Shown one piece after another: positions 1 through 9,929 of a stretch of 64,000 nt of DNA. The translations under genes and the position numbers were made by a program. The stretch lies in assembly GCA_016786465.1 (NCBI GenBank), contig JAEUWC010000020.1, positions 40,217 through 104,216 of the forward strand. The letters run 5' to 3'. Source of the DNA: Bdellovibrionales bacterium. GTDB lineage: Bacteria > Bdellovibrionota > UBA1018. Position 1 is the first letter of the stretch, and every line of letters begins with the position of its first letter. The notes below the pieces were generated by a model. That model was not told the DNA's origin. It saw nothing but the letters and a program-made list of their open reading frames with translations, and did not search any database.

Positions 1-521
1 CCGTATTCATCCGGGATGCTGTGCCCGACAGGTTTAAAATGTGAAACCCCGTAAAAGGAAGTCGGAAACACGTAGGATTTCCGAAGCGGGTACCCAATCC
101 AGTCTTCTGGAAGGACGTATCGCCCGGCAATCTGATTCCCATTGAAGACCACGCCAAAAAGGTCTGAAATTTCTTTTTCAAATTCGCGCGCCATCGGCCA
201 GATCGTCGTGACTGAATCGATCGAAGCCGTAGAATCCGCGTCCTTTGGCGTTAACGATGCTCGAAGGACCAGGCGGGTCGGTGAATCCAAATCGCGGATA
301 AAATAGGAAAGAACCAGGGCTTGATTCAATTCCATGGCAGACAAGTTTTCTAGCCAGGTCATCTTGAAGCTCACGTCTTCAAATAGTTTTCTTGCGGCGG
401 CACGAATAGACTTTGCTTACACCCAAACGGTCGTGATCTCGGATTTCCCGAAGGGTTGCATTTCCAGGAAACCGGGAAGTTCAACGGCTTTAATTTTTCG
501 CTTCAGCTCGTTGATTTCCAA
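1..521 (-). pseudogene. nuoC: NADH-quinone oxidoreductase subunit C-like, 3' end outside the window, interrupted by an in-frame TAA at 417-419 (true nonsense mutation or sequence error)
   Basis: Manual translation from TTG at 521 (SD AGGAG): MEINELKRKIKAVELPGFLEMQPFGKSEITTVWV*AKSIRAAARKLFEDVSFKMTWLENLSAME...SIDSVTTIWPMAREFEKEISDLFGVVFNG...LPEDWIGYPLRKSY; NuoC C-terminal motif; follows nuoB. Confidence 0.75.
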
Positions 522-975
522 GAATCTTCTCCTGTAGGGCGATGATGCCGTTCATGATGGCTTCGGGCCGAGGCGGACAGCCGGGTACATAAATATCCAC
601 TGGAATGATGCGATCCACGCCTGGAACTGCCGAATAACTGAATTCCGGCGAAAAAGGACCGCCGCAACTGGCACACGAACCCAGCGCTAGCACGTAACGG
701 GGTTCAAGCATTGAATCATAGATTTTCTTTAAGTTCGGAACGGCTTTGTAAGAAACCAATCCCGAAATGATCAAAAGGTCGGACTGACGTGGGTCGGGCT
801 GCGGAATGGCCCCGAAGCGTTCCAAGTCATAACGAGCGCCCATGGTTTGCAGAAGTTCGTCTGCACAACATCCCGATCCGGTCGAAGTAAACCAAAGGGA
901 TCCCGCCCTGGACCAATCCAAAAGTTTCCCAATCGTAGAAAGGTAGATGCCGCTGACGGCGCTACTTGCGCTCAT
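490..975 (-). CDS. nuoB: NADH-quinone oxidoreductase subunit B (divergent)
   Basis: GCC, RYDLERFG, PRQSDLLI, GSCA, VDIYVPGCPPRPEA; start moved to ATG 975 with SD AAGGAAGGA. Confidence 0.9.
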   Translation of the reverse strand: MSASSAVSGIYLSTIGKLLDWSRAGSLWFTSTGSGCCADELLQTMGARYDLERFGAIPQPDPRQSDLLIISGLVSYKAVPNLKKIYDSMLEPRYVLALGSCASCGGPFSPEFSYSAVPGVDRIIPVDIYVPGCPPRPEAIMNGIIALQEKILGNQRAEAKN

Positions 976-1483
976 CCAAGTTCCTTCCTTCGTCGTGAAA
1001 AGTTTGAATCCAATCCAAGTCACCCTTCCTGGCCGAATACAATAGGCCCAAGCCTGCGAACCCAACCATGGTCAAAACCGCAATCAAAACCTTCTTTTCC
1101 TGGGATGAAACCAAGATTCCCACGAGCGGAATCAGAATCACCATCAATGTCAGCAAAAGAACGGCTGCGTTTGCGCTTAAGAAAAAGCGCGTGTTCATCC
1201 GCCTGCCTAAAGCGCCATCCGAACGGTAAACCGTAGGCGAAGAAAACTGCGAGGCTCCGTCTGAACCTGGATTTGAAAAACCCGAAGAATCCATCCCCCC
1301 GACTTCCGCAGTTCCGACCGCGGAATTCACTGACGAAGGATCCATCTTCTGAGCCGCTCCCTTTTTTCGAAGCGACTTGCCGAAGATTTCTAGGACGAGC
1401 GGGATCAACAGCGAACTGATCGCTGACAAAAAGATCACGTAGTACTTGGTCCACCCGCTTGAATCGGGCACCCAGCCGTCCAT
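962..1483 (-). CDS. nuoA: NADH-quinone oxidoreductase subunit A-like (highly divergent)
   Basis: Three hydrophobic segments, RMNTRFFLSA, C-terminal GLLYSARKGDLDW, position before nuoB; ATG 1483 with SD GGAGG. Confidence 0.7.
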   Translation of the reverse strand: MDGWVPDSSGWTKYYVIFLSAISSLLIPLVLEIFGKSLRKKGAAQKMDPSSVNSAVGTAEVGGMDSSGFSNPGSDGASQFSSPTVYRSDGALGRRMNTRFFLSANAAVLLLTLMVILIPLVGILVSSQEKKVLIAVLTMVGFAGLGLLYSARKGDLDWIQTFHDEGRNLDERK

Positions 1484-1514
1484 TCTTTTACCCTCCGTGG
1501 AAAAAGCCTCAAAA

Positions 1515-1543
1515 AGGGTATCGACGTTGAAAAGTAGTGTCAA
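1515..1543 (-). promoter_or_regulatory. sigma70-type promoter for nuoA
   Basis: Minus strand TTGACA (1543-1538), 17 bp spacer, TACCCT (1520-1515). Confidence 0.55.
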
Positions 1544-1555
1544 GGTCGCTAGATT
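1527..1555 (+). promoter_or_regulatory. sigma70-type promoter for mfd
   Basis: TTGAAA (1527-1532), 17 bp spacer, TAGATT (1550-1555). Confidence 0.5.
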
Positions 1556-1581
1556 GCTAAAGATTTGCTTCACCCCGTCGT

Positions 1582-4500
1582 ATGAATTCTTCACAGACTG
1601 ACACTCCAGCTCTGCCGCTCGAATCCCTTTTCGAAAAACTCGATCGGGGCTCAAAACCGTTCCGCGTTCGTGGGGCGGAAGGTTCTTCTCGCGCATGGAT
1701 CTTGGGGCGATGGCTTCTGTCCCAAAAAAGTCCATCCGGCAAAACGGTGGTCGTGATTGTCGATTCAAATGACTCGGTCCAACGTTGGACCGAGGAACTG
1801 GAAAGCGTCCGCGTCATCCAACAGCGGTTGGCATCGTCGTCGAGAACTCTTCGCGTTCTTCCCTTTTTGGGATGGGAGGGGTCCCCTTACTTAGGAATTT
1901 CACCTTCGTGGAAAGTTCGTCACTCGCGGGTAGCAACCCTTGCAAAATCGATGAAACCAAAAACGAACGAAGACCGCGTGATGGTCGCCAACTGGGAAGC
2001 GCTGATGCTACCCACAGTTCCCGTTGAAACTTGGCGAAAGAATCGATTTGAATTTCGGGTCAAAGAATCTTTTTCACGGGAAGACGTGCTTCAGCGACTA
2101 GCCCATTTGGGCTACCTGCGAATGGATTCCGTCGAAGACCCAGGAACCTTCAGCATTCGCGGTGATCTATTGGATCTTTACATCCCCGCAGAAGATCAAC
2201 CTGTCCGCATCGAGTTCTTCGGAGACGAAGTCGAAGGAATTCGCTTTTTTGATCCGACGACTCAAAGGTCTTCCAAAGACCGCTTGGATTCTATCGAAGT
2301 GACCCCTTGCCGCGAAGTTCTGATTCTTGATTCACCTACACTTTTGCGTGAACGATTGAAAGCGGCCGCCGACGAACGCGGGATTCACCGAAGCATTCGA
2401 GACCCCATCATTCAGTCCATTCACGAGCGGATTTATCTGGATTCATCCGAAATCTGGGCACCCTATGCGTACGCTCAGCCTTCATCGGTCTTGGATTATT
2501 TGGGCGATGCTTTCGACGTCGTCTGGGATTCGCAGTTTTCGTGTGAACAGTCATTTCAGTCGCGCCTGAAGCGCTACGAAGAAGATTTTGAAAAGCCGGT
2601 TCCGGGAACTGAATCTCGGTGGATTCTTCCGTCCCCAAAGGAAATCTTCGAATCAGAACTGGTTCGGCGGGATCGCCTGAAATGGACGGAAAAAACACGC
2701 CTTCACTTGGATTCTCTTGAAGTATTGGATGCCCAATCCGCATCCAATACCGAAGACTTCCCCGTCGAAATTCAATCTGCTCGAATCTTTTCGGAAGACG
2801 TTAAAAAAGACTTCGGTTTAGCCACCACCCGACTTCTTTCCTTGAAAGAAGGAGGGATCCAAGTCGTCCTTACGGCTTCATCGGCATCCCAGAAAGATCG
2901 CCTACAGTTTCTGATCCAGCAAAAACTGGGAAAGGCCGCTTCTGAATTTCCCGTGACGGAAGTTTCATTGTCGTCTGGATTCATTTGGCCGTCTGAAAAA
3001 GTTGCCCTAGTCCCTGAATCTGATTTTTTTGGACAAAGGGTGAAGAACTCGCTCAAGGCAGCAAAATCCAAGAAAAAAGATTCGGCCGCAAAGGACTGGT
3101 CCGGCGTTCAGAATATAGACGCCCTTCAGGTGGGTGATGCCGTGGTTCACATCACGCATGGAATTGGTCGCTACCAAGGAATTACTCGGTTGGGCAGCGA
3201 TTCCCAAATGGACTTTCTAACCCTGGAATATTCGGGCGGCGACAAACTTTACATCCCAATTTACCGAATCAATTGCGTCCAAAAGTACCTTGGGTCTGGG
3301 CAAGACGCCGTACTGGATAAACTGGGCGGCCAAGGCTTCGAAAAGGCCAAACAAAAAGTTCGAGACGCCGTCAAGAAGCTCGCTGTGGATTTAGTGAAGG
3401 TCTACGCAGAACGCCAGCTTCTAAAAGGAACGAAGTTTTCTGGCCGCGATCCGCTTTTTGCAGAATTCGAAGAACGTTTTCCTTTTGATGAAACCCCGGA
3501 CCAGGCACAGGCGGTTGACGATGTGATTGGGGACCTTCAGGCTGGAAAGCTCATGGATCGCCTGGTTTGCGGCGACGTCGGTTACGGAAAAACAGAAGTC
3601 GCAATTCGCGCCGCATTTAAGGCTGCGTCCGAAGGGAAGCAGGTTGCCGTACTGGTCCCGACGACCATTCTGGCCCACCAACACGAGCAATCTTTTCTTT
3701 CGCGTTTTAAAGGCTACCCACTTCGAATTGAATCCCTTTCGCGTTTCAAGCCGGCCAAAAAGCAAAAGGAAATTTTAGAGGACCTGAAGGCTGGAAAGGT
3801 CGATGTCGTCATTGGGACACATCGGCTTCTTTCAAAGGACGTCGTTTTCAAAGACTTGGCTTTGGTGATTGTTGACGAAGAACACCGCTTTGGGGTCGAG
3901 CATAAAGAAAAGCTGAAAGCGATGAAGACGTCAGCCCATGTTCTGACGCTGACTGCGACCCCGATTCCACGGACTTTACACATGGCTTTAAGTGGTCTTC
4001 GCGAAATGAGCTTGATTGCAACGCCGCCGGTAAACCGGCTTCCGATCAAGACTTTTGTCGCCAAACAAGAAGATTCCGTGATCCGACAAGCAATCGAATC
4101 GGAACTTGGACGTGGGGGACAAGTCTTCTATGTCTATAATCGCGTTCAATCGATTTATGAAATTGCCGAAAAGATTCAACGCTTGGTCCCAGCAGCCAAA
4201 GTTGGGGTTGGGCATGGACAAATGGCCGATTCCGAATTGGAAGACGCGATGCTGGCGTTTTACCAGGGTCGAACGAATGTCCTGGTTTGCACGACGATTA
4301 TCGAATCGGGGCTGGATGTTCCTTCTGCAAACACTTTGATTGTTCAGCGTGCCGACACCTTCGGTCTGTCGCAACTTTATCAGATTCGGGGCCGCGTGGG
4401 GCGTGGTCAGAATCGCGCTTTTGCGTACTTTTTGATCCCGGGTGAAACACTTCTTTCCCAGGACGCACAAAAGCGCCTGGAAGTTCTGCAGCGGTTTGTC

Positions 4501-5154
4501 GATCTTGGTAGCGGTTTCAAGATCGCATCGCATGACCTGGAAATCCGGGGTGGAGGGAACTTGCTTGGACCCGAACAGTCGGGACATATCGCGATGGTGG
4601 GTTTTGAGCTTTATACCCAGCTTTTGGACGAAGCGATTCGACAGCTGAAGCGCGAAGGGGGCCAGAAGGTTCCCGCCCTGGGTGCCCCTTCCAGCGACGA
4701 AACCGAACCCGAAATCAAATGTCCTTTTCCCGCTTTTCTACCCGAAACCTATGTTTCGGATTCGGCGCAACGACTGGTCCTTTACCGCCGACTTTCAGCG
4801 ACCCGTACTTGGGAAGAACTGGACGCGCTGATGGACGAACTCGTGGATCGGTACGGCCCGCTTCCTTACGAAGGGAAGAACCTTTTTCACATGATCACGC
4901 TGAAGCAATTGATGGTGGAACACGGGATGGATTCGTTGACCATCGGGCTGGGCCGGGTTTCGTTAGTGGCCGGTTCACGATCAAAATTGAATCCGAATCG
5001 GGTCGTCGCCATGGTCGCTTCTCGGCCCGAGAAGAATCCGCTGCAGATCCAGATGACCCCCCAGGGAACCAAGCTATCGACCGCCCTTCCGACTTCGGAT
5101 CTGGCCCAGGTGCATCATTCGCTTGAAATCCTTCTCAAGTCGCTTTCTGGCTGA
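1582..5154 (+). CDS. mfd: Transcription-repair coupling factor
   Basis: CarD-like RID (VVHITHGIGRYQG), GDVGYGKTEVA, DEEHRFGV, TATPIPRTL, QIRGRVGR, HDLEIRGGGNLLG, TRCF C-terminus. Confidence 0.97.
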   Translation: MNSSQTDTPALPLESLFEKLDRGSKPFRVRGAEGSSRAWILGRWLLSQKSPSGKTVVVIVDSNDSVQRWTEELESVRVIQQRLASSSRTLRVLPFLGWEGSPYLGISPSWKVRHSRVATLAKSMKPKTNEDRVMVANWEALMLPTVPVETWRKNRFEFRVKESFSREDVLQRLAHLGYLRMDSVEDPGTFSIRGDLLDLYIPAEDQPVRIEFFGDEVEGIRFFDPTTQRSSKDRLDSIEVTPCREVLILDSPTLLRERLKAAADERGIHRSIRDPIIQSIHERIYLDSSEIWAPYAYAQPSSVLDYLGDAFDVVWDSQFSCEQSFQSRLKRYEEDFEKPVPGTESRWILPSPKEIFESELVRRDRLKWTEKTRLHLDSLEVLDAQSASNTEDFPVEIQSARIFSEDVKKDFGLATTRLLSLKEGGIQVVLTASSASQKDRLQFLIQQKLGKAASEFPVTEVSLSSGFIWPSEKVALVPESDFFGQRVKNSLKAAKSKKKDSAAKDWSGVQNIDALQVGDAVVHITHGIGRYQGITRLGSDSQMDFLTLEYSGGDKLYIPIYRINCVQKYLGSGQDAVLDKLGGQGFEKAKQKVRDAVKKLAVDLVKVYAERQLLKGTKFSGRDPLFAEFEERFPFDETPDQAQAVDDVIGDLQAGKLMDRLVCGDVGYGKTEVAIRAAFKAASEGKQVAVLVPTTILAHQHEQSFLSRFKGYPLRIESLSRFKPAKKQKEILEDLKAGKVDVVIGTHRLLSKDVVFKDLALVIVDEEHRFGVEHKEKLKAMKTSAHVLTLTATPIPRTLHMALSGLREMSLIATPPVNRLPIKTFVAKQEDSVIRQAIESELGRGGQVFYVYNRVQSIYEIAEKIQRLVPAAKVGVGHGQMADSELEDAMLAFYQGRTNVLVCTTIIESGLDVPSANTLIVQRADTFGLSQLYQIRGRVGRGQNRAFAYFLIPGETLLSQDAQKRLEVLQRFVDLGSGFKIASHDLEIRGGGNLLGPEQSGHIAMVGFELYTQLLDEAIRQLKREGGQKVPALGAPSSDETEPEIKCPFPAFLPETYVSDSAQRLVLYRRLSATRTWEELDALMDELVDRYGPLPYEGKNLFHMITLKQLMVEHGMDSLTIGLGRVSLVAGSRSKLNPNRVVAMVASRPEKNPLQIQMTPQGTKLSTALPTSDLAQVHHSLEILLKSLSG

Positions 5155-5169
5155 TACTCTTAACGCCAT

Positions 5170-6000
5170 ATGATGAAGAAAATTCCGTTTCTAGTCGTTG
5201 CCGGTTTTGTTTGCGTCAACCCGCTTTCGAAAGCGGTCGCCGCTGTTGAACTCGCCAAGGTGAATTCGACCGTGATCACTCAAGAAGATTTGGAAAAACG
5301 CTACAAAGACAACCAGCGTTTTTTGCTTCCACGCAACACAGGCAAGAAGGCTTTCTTGGAAGAACTGATCAAGCGCGAACTGGCGATTCAAGAAGCGAAG
5401 AAAATGAACTTGGACAAGGATCCGGAAATCATCGATCGAATGAATACAGTTCTTTTTCAGGCATTTGTTGAAAGAAAACTGGCCAAGGAACTTGAAAAAA
5501 TTCAGGTCAGTGAATCAGACGCTAAAGAATTCTATAAAAAGAACCCCGAAATTCGCACTTCTCACATTTGGGTTCCGATCAGCCCCGACGCACCGGAAGC
5601 CGAACAAAAGAAGGCCATGGAAAAAATTAAGAACATCCAGGACAAGTACCTGAAGCCCGGAAAAATGAGCTTTGCTGAAGTCGCTCAACGCGAATCTTCG
5701 GGACCCGCTGCTCCGATGGGCGGCGATATCGATTATCAGACCAAGGACCGGCTGGATCCTGCGTACTATGCTGAAGCCCTTCGATTGGGTTCGCCTGGTA
5801 AAGTGGGCGGAATCATTCGAACCCCCTTTGGCTTTCACATCATCAAGGTCACGGCCATCCGTCCTTGGGAAGAAGCCGACAAGGGTTTGGCCCGCCGACT
5901 TTTGATCGAAGAAAAGAAGACCCAAAGCTACGAAAAGCTGATGGCTGATCTTCGAAAGCAGGCCAAGGTATCAGTGAAGTCTGAACTGATTCGCGACTGA
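5170..6000 (+). CDS. Exported PpiC/parvulin-type peptidyl-prolyl isomerase
   Basis: Signal peptide; RTSHI, FAEVAQRES, GGDID, RTPFGFHIIKV. Confidence 0.88.
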   Translation: MMKKIPFLVVAGFVCVNPLSKAVAAVELAKVNSTVITQEDLEKRYKDNQRFLLPRNTGKKAFLEELIKRELAIQEAKKMNLDKDPEIIDRMNTVLFQAFVERKLAKELEKIQVSESDAKEFYKKNPEIRTSHIWVPISPDAPEAEQKKAMEKIKNIQDKYLKPGKMSFAEVAQRESSGPAAPMGGDIDYQTKDRLDPAYYAEALRLGSPGKVGGIIRTPFGFHIIKVTAIRPWEEADKGLARRLLIEEKKTQSYEKLMADLRKQAKVSVKSELIRD

Positions 6001-6002
6001 AA

Positions 6003-6482
6003 ATGATCCGTGCGTTTCTTTTCTGTTTTTGGACTGGGCTTCTTGCATCTTCATGCCAGAAGCCTTTTCCATTTTTTGGCGCCGACGAAAAGCCTAGGCC
6101 CGGCTTAGTTCTTCCTTCAAAAGATGAAGTCGCACGGATCAACGGAAAACCCTTGAGCCTAGCCGCTTTCCTTCATTTAAAGCGGGTCATCCCAAAGGCG
6201 ACAACCGAATCCCTGCTCTGGGTCGGGCTTGGGGCGATGGCGCTTCAGGAAAGTCTTTATCAGTCGGGTATTGTCGTAACCGACGAACATGCGATTCGCA
6301 TCAGCCGTTACGGGGTAGGGAACTTGCCCTTGGAACAGGTTAAAGATGACCTTCGGTCTGCCTTTCCCGTTTTGAAATCTCCCCCAAGCGTCCAGGAAAT
6401 TCGTGATAAAATTGATGCGCTGCTTTCAAATGCCGAGATCCTGAGAAACCCGGCTGCCTTAGAAGATTTTCGTGATAGGTAA
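6003..6482 (+). CDS. Hypothetical lipoprotein, possibly SurA-N-like
   Basis: Lipobox-like LASSC; VARINGKPLS resembles SurA/PpiC N-terminal motif; operonic spacing. Confidence 0.6.
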   Translation: MIRAFLFCFWTGLLASSCQKPFPFFGADEKPRPGLVLPSKDEVARINGKPLSLAAFLHLKRVIPKATTESLLWVGLGAMALQESLYQSGIVVTDEHAIRISRYGVGNLPLEQVKDDLRSAFPVLKSPPSVQEIRDKIDALLSNAEILRNPAALEDFRDR

Positions 6483-6488
6483 TTTCCT

Positions 6489-7475
6489 ATGCGAAAGATT
6501 TTATCTGGTTCCTGCCTGACTTTGATGGCGGGTCTTACCCTGATCACCGCACAAGCCCATTCAGCTCTGCTTGAACGCTTGGAAGCTTCGGTTAACTCCA
6601 GCACGATCTTATCGTCAGATGTGACTCGATTTAAGAAGACGCTTTCTTTGCGCTCTCAGCTGGATCCTCTTTTTTCGTCCCATCCCCTTTCAAAAAAGGG
6701 GGCGTCGGCATCGCATTCGGAAGTTGTCGATTTTCTGATCACCGAAGTTTTGATTTCGCAACAATTCCCCGTGACAGATGCCGAAGTCGAACAAGAAATT
6801 AATTCGATTCAAGCCAATAACCGAATCACGCGGGATGCCTTGAAGAACGCGATCGAAGGCCAGGGGTTTAACTTTGATGACTATTTCGAATTGATTCGGG
6901 TTGGAACTTCGAAGCGAAACTTGATTGACCGCGAAATCAGAACTCGCGTTTCCATTTCAGACGACGACGTTAAAAACTATTTTTACAATCGCTACGCCAA
7001 ACAGAACACCACGCCAACCGCCTACCGGTTTCGAATCCTGACGGTGACGCCGACCCATTTTAAAAACGCTTCGGGCGCCCGAGAAACAGTTGAACGCGCA
7101 CTGAAAGCCATTCGAGCAGGGGAAGCCTTCGAAGAAGTCGCCAAGCAGTTCAGCGATGATGCTTCAGCCCCCAACGGCGGCGACCTTGGAACCCTGACTT
7201 CTGACCAGATCAATTCCACCCTTCGCGATCAGTTGAAAAAAATGAAGATTGGTGAAGTCAGCGATGTCCTGGGCGACGCAAAGTCCCGCTACTTCGTCCT
7301 TAAACTAGAAGACCTTCGGTCCGCCGAAACCGAACGCTACGAAAAAATGAAGGAAGAAATCCGATCTCAGCTGGCTGCTGGCGAATACCAGCGCCAAATC
7401 GTTCTTTGGATCGAAAGACAACGCGAAACCGCTTTCGTCCATACGGCCGGAAGCAAAACCAACTTCAAGAAGTAA
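6489..7475 (+). CDS. surA: SurA-like periplasmic chaperone/PPIase
   Basis: Signal peptide, SurA N-domain, FEEVAKQFSDDASAPNGGDLG; conserved surA-pdxA order. Confidence 0.82.
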   Translation: MRKILSGSCLTLMAGLTLITAQAHSALLERLEASVNSSTILSSDVTRFKKTLSLRSQLDPLFSSHPLSKKGASASHSEVVDFLITEVLISQQFPVTDAEVEQEINSIQANNRITRDALKNAIEGQGFNFDDYFELIRVGTSKRNLIDREIRTRVSISDDDVKNYFYNRYAKQNTTPTAYRFRILTVTPTHFKNASGARETVERALKAIRAGEAFEEVAKQFSDDASAPNGGDLGTLTSDQINSTLRDQLKKMKIGEVSDVLGDAKSRYFVLKLEDLRSAETERYEKMKEEIRSQLAAGEYQRQIVLWIERQRETAFVHTAGSKTNFKK

Positions 7476-8515
7476 TGTCAGAAGTGATTCGTCTTGCAGT
7501 AACTCCAGGCGACCCCGCAGGAATCGGACCCGAAGTGGTCTGGAAATCCCTTTGCACGGAAGACTACGAAGCCCGTGGAATCCAACTGATCTGCTTTGGG
7601 GCTCGCGGGCCCTTCGATGCTTTGGGTGCCGAAGTTTTTGAAGTCGAATTGGCTGATCTCTACCACCGTCGATACCCGGCACTGGCGCCAGGAAAAGCGC
7701 GTGTGATTCTGGCTCGAGCCCCAGAAAAGCTTCCAACAAAAGGAAAGCACCTAGGTGGGTTTCAATCGGGTTGGGCGATTTCGGCAGCTACGGGCGAAAT
7801 CTTAGCCGGCCGTTTGGCGGGGCTTGTGACGGGTCCTATTAGCAAAGAAAATCTGATTCGGGGCGGCTTCAATTATCCTGGGCATACCGAAATGCTCGCA
7901 AAGCTCAGCCGCACCAAAAAAGTCACAATGATGCTGGCCAATGATTTCCTTCGCGTCAGCCTGGTCACGATTCATGTCCCGCTGAAAAAGGTTCCTCATC
8001 TGATCAACGGAACAGAAGTATCAAGGACTGTCGACCAAACGATTGAAACCCTTTTGAAGGGCTTTCGAATTTCAAAACCAAAAATCGCCGTTTGCGGGTT
8101 GAACCCACACGCGGGTGAAAACGGCGTTTTGGGTACGGAAGAAAAGAAGGTCATTGAACCTGCTTTGAAAAAACTTCGAAAGAAGTGGGGAAGTCGGGCT
8201 GAAATATTCGGACCCCTTCCTGCAGATACGCTCTTTGCCAAACACCACATGGCCAAGAAAGAAGACAAGTATGACGCTGTGATCTGCATGTATCACGATC
8301 AGGGACTAAGCCCGGTGAAGCTTCTTGATTTCCCAAGAACCGTAAATGTAACCTTGGGGCTTCCTTTTGTGAGGACTTCCGTGGACCACGGTACTGGGTT
8401 TGACATCGCGGGGAAGAACCTTGCAGATCCGTCCAGCTTTCGTTCAGCGGTTGAACTTTCCCTAAGGTTGATTGGAAAAAACAGAGGAATAGAAAATGGC
8501 CAAGTTTCAGTTTAA
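7475..8515 (+). CDS. pdxA: 4-hydroxythreonine-4-phosphate dehydrogenase
   Basis: GDPAGIGPEV, GHTEML, GLNPHAGE, MYHDQG, RTSVDHGTGFDIAG; TAATG overlap gives start 7475. Confidence 0.95.
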   Translation: MSEVIRLAVTPGDPAGIGPEVVWKSLCTEDYEARGIQLICFGARGPFDALGAEVFEVELADLYHRRYPALAPGKARVILARAPEKLPTKGKHLGGFQSGWAISAATGEILAGRLAGLVTGPISKENLIRGGFNYPGHTEMLAKLSRTKKVTMMLANDFLRVSLVTIHVPLKKVPHLINGTEVSRTVDQTIETLLKGFRISKPKIAVCGLNPHAGENGVLGTEEKKVIEPALKKLRKKWGSRAEIFGPLPADTLFAKHHMAKKEDKYDAVICMYHDQGLSPVKLLDFPRTVNVTLGLPFVRTSVDHGTGFDIAGKNLADPSSFRSAVELSLRLIGKNRGIENGQVSV

Positions 8516-9926
8516 TAAATCCATTTTTCGCGAGTACGACGTTCGTGGTTTAGCCGGAAAAGACTTATCTGAAGAATTCGCGCGTCGCTTGGCCTGGTCT
8601 TATTCAGCCTTTGTCGGCAGCCGAAAACCCCTGGATGGCCGTAAGAATCTTTTGATTGGAATCGGTCGTGACTGCCGCCTGACCAGCGACGCTTACGCTG
8701 AATCCTTTATTCGTGGCTTGAATGAAAACGGCATCGATGTGGTCCGACTAGGAACTTGCCCAACACCATTGACCTATTTTTCGGTTTTCCACTTGAACCT
8801 AGACGGTGCCGTGATGATCACTGGATCGCACAATCCTGCTGAATACAACGGATTCAAGATCTGCGTGGGGCGCGACACCCTACATGGAAGTCAGATTCAG
8901 GAATTGGCTAAACTTTTCCCGGTTGATGAACTTCAGCCCAAGGCAGCGTCTGGATCTGTGCGCGACCACGCCATCATTCCCGATTACGTCGCGCATCTGG
9001 TGAAGAACGCTAAACCCTTGAAAAGGAAGAAAATCGTTATCGATGCCGGGAACGGCACCGCAAGTACCGTTGCTCCGATACTATTCGAAAAGCTAGGCGC
9101 AGAAGTTGTGCCGCTTTTTTGCGAATTGGATGGACGCTTTCCGAATCACCACCCCGACCCTACCGTCGTTGCGAACTTAAAGTCTTTGATCGAAACGGTG
9201 AAAAAGGAAAAAGCAGATTTTGGCCTGGCTTTTGACGGTGATTCCGACCGCATTGGACTAGTCGACGAATCCGGGCGCGTTGTTTTTGGTGATGAATTGA
9301 TGGTCATGCTGTCGCGGGATGTCTTGAAGCATACCCCAGGCGCAACGATCATTTCAGAAGTCAAATCCAGCCACCGCCTGTACCAAGACATTGCTGCGCA
9401 CGGCGGAAAACCCTTAATGTGGAAAACCGGCCATTCCTTGATCAAATCCAAGATGAAGGAAACGAAAGCAGCTTTGGCCGGAGAAATGTCAGGCCACATC
9501 TTTTTTGCGGATCGTTACTTTGGATACGATGACGCAATCTATGCAGCGCTTCGGATTTACGAAATTGCTTCTGAAGTGAAGGGGCCTATTTCTTCGACGA
9601 TTTCTGATCTTCCGAAAGTCATCGCGACACCTGAAATTCGAATCGATTGTGTTGAAGAAAAGAAATTTCAGTTGGTCGAAGAAACCAAGCGTCTTCTTTC
9701 AAAAGGAAACAAAATCAACGACATCGACGGGGTTCGTGTGGATTTTGGCGATTCCTGGGGATTGGTTCGTGCTTCGAATACTCAGCCCGTCTTGGTCCTT
9801 CGTTACGAAGCGCCTAACGAAGCCCGGATGAAGGAAGTCCGTCACATCGTCGAAACGGCCCTTCATCAAGCCGCCAAAACGATTCAGCACCCGGAAATTT
9901 CCGTCGATGGGGGCGGGGGACACTAA
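8496..9926 (+). CDS. Phosphomannomutase/phosphoglucomutase (AlgC-like)
   Basis: [29 protein letters not shown]. Confidence 0.93.
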   Translation: MAKFQFNKSIFREYDVRGLAGKDLSEEFARRLAWSYSAFVGSRKPLDGRKNLLIGIGRDCRLTSDAYAESFIRGLNENGIDVVRLGTCPTPLTYFSVFHLNLDGAVMITGSHNPAEYNGFKICVGRDTLHGSQIQELAKLFPVDELQPKAASGSVRDHAIIPDYVAHLVKNAKPLKRKKIVIDAGNGTASTVAPILFEKLGAEVVPLFCELDGRFPNHHPDPTVVANLKSLIETVKKEKADFGLAFDGDSDRIGLVDESGRVVFGDELMVMLSRDVLKHTPGATIISEVKSSHRLYQDIAAHGGKPLMWKTGHSLIKSKMKETKAALAGEMSGHIFFADRYFGYDDAIYAALRIYEIASEVKGPISSTISDLPKVIATPEIRIDCVEEKKFQLVEETKRLLSKGNKINDIDGVRVDFGDSWGLVRASNTQPVLVLRYEAPNEARMKEVRHIVETALHQAAKTIQHPEISVDGGGGH

Positions 9927-9929
9927 GAA

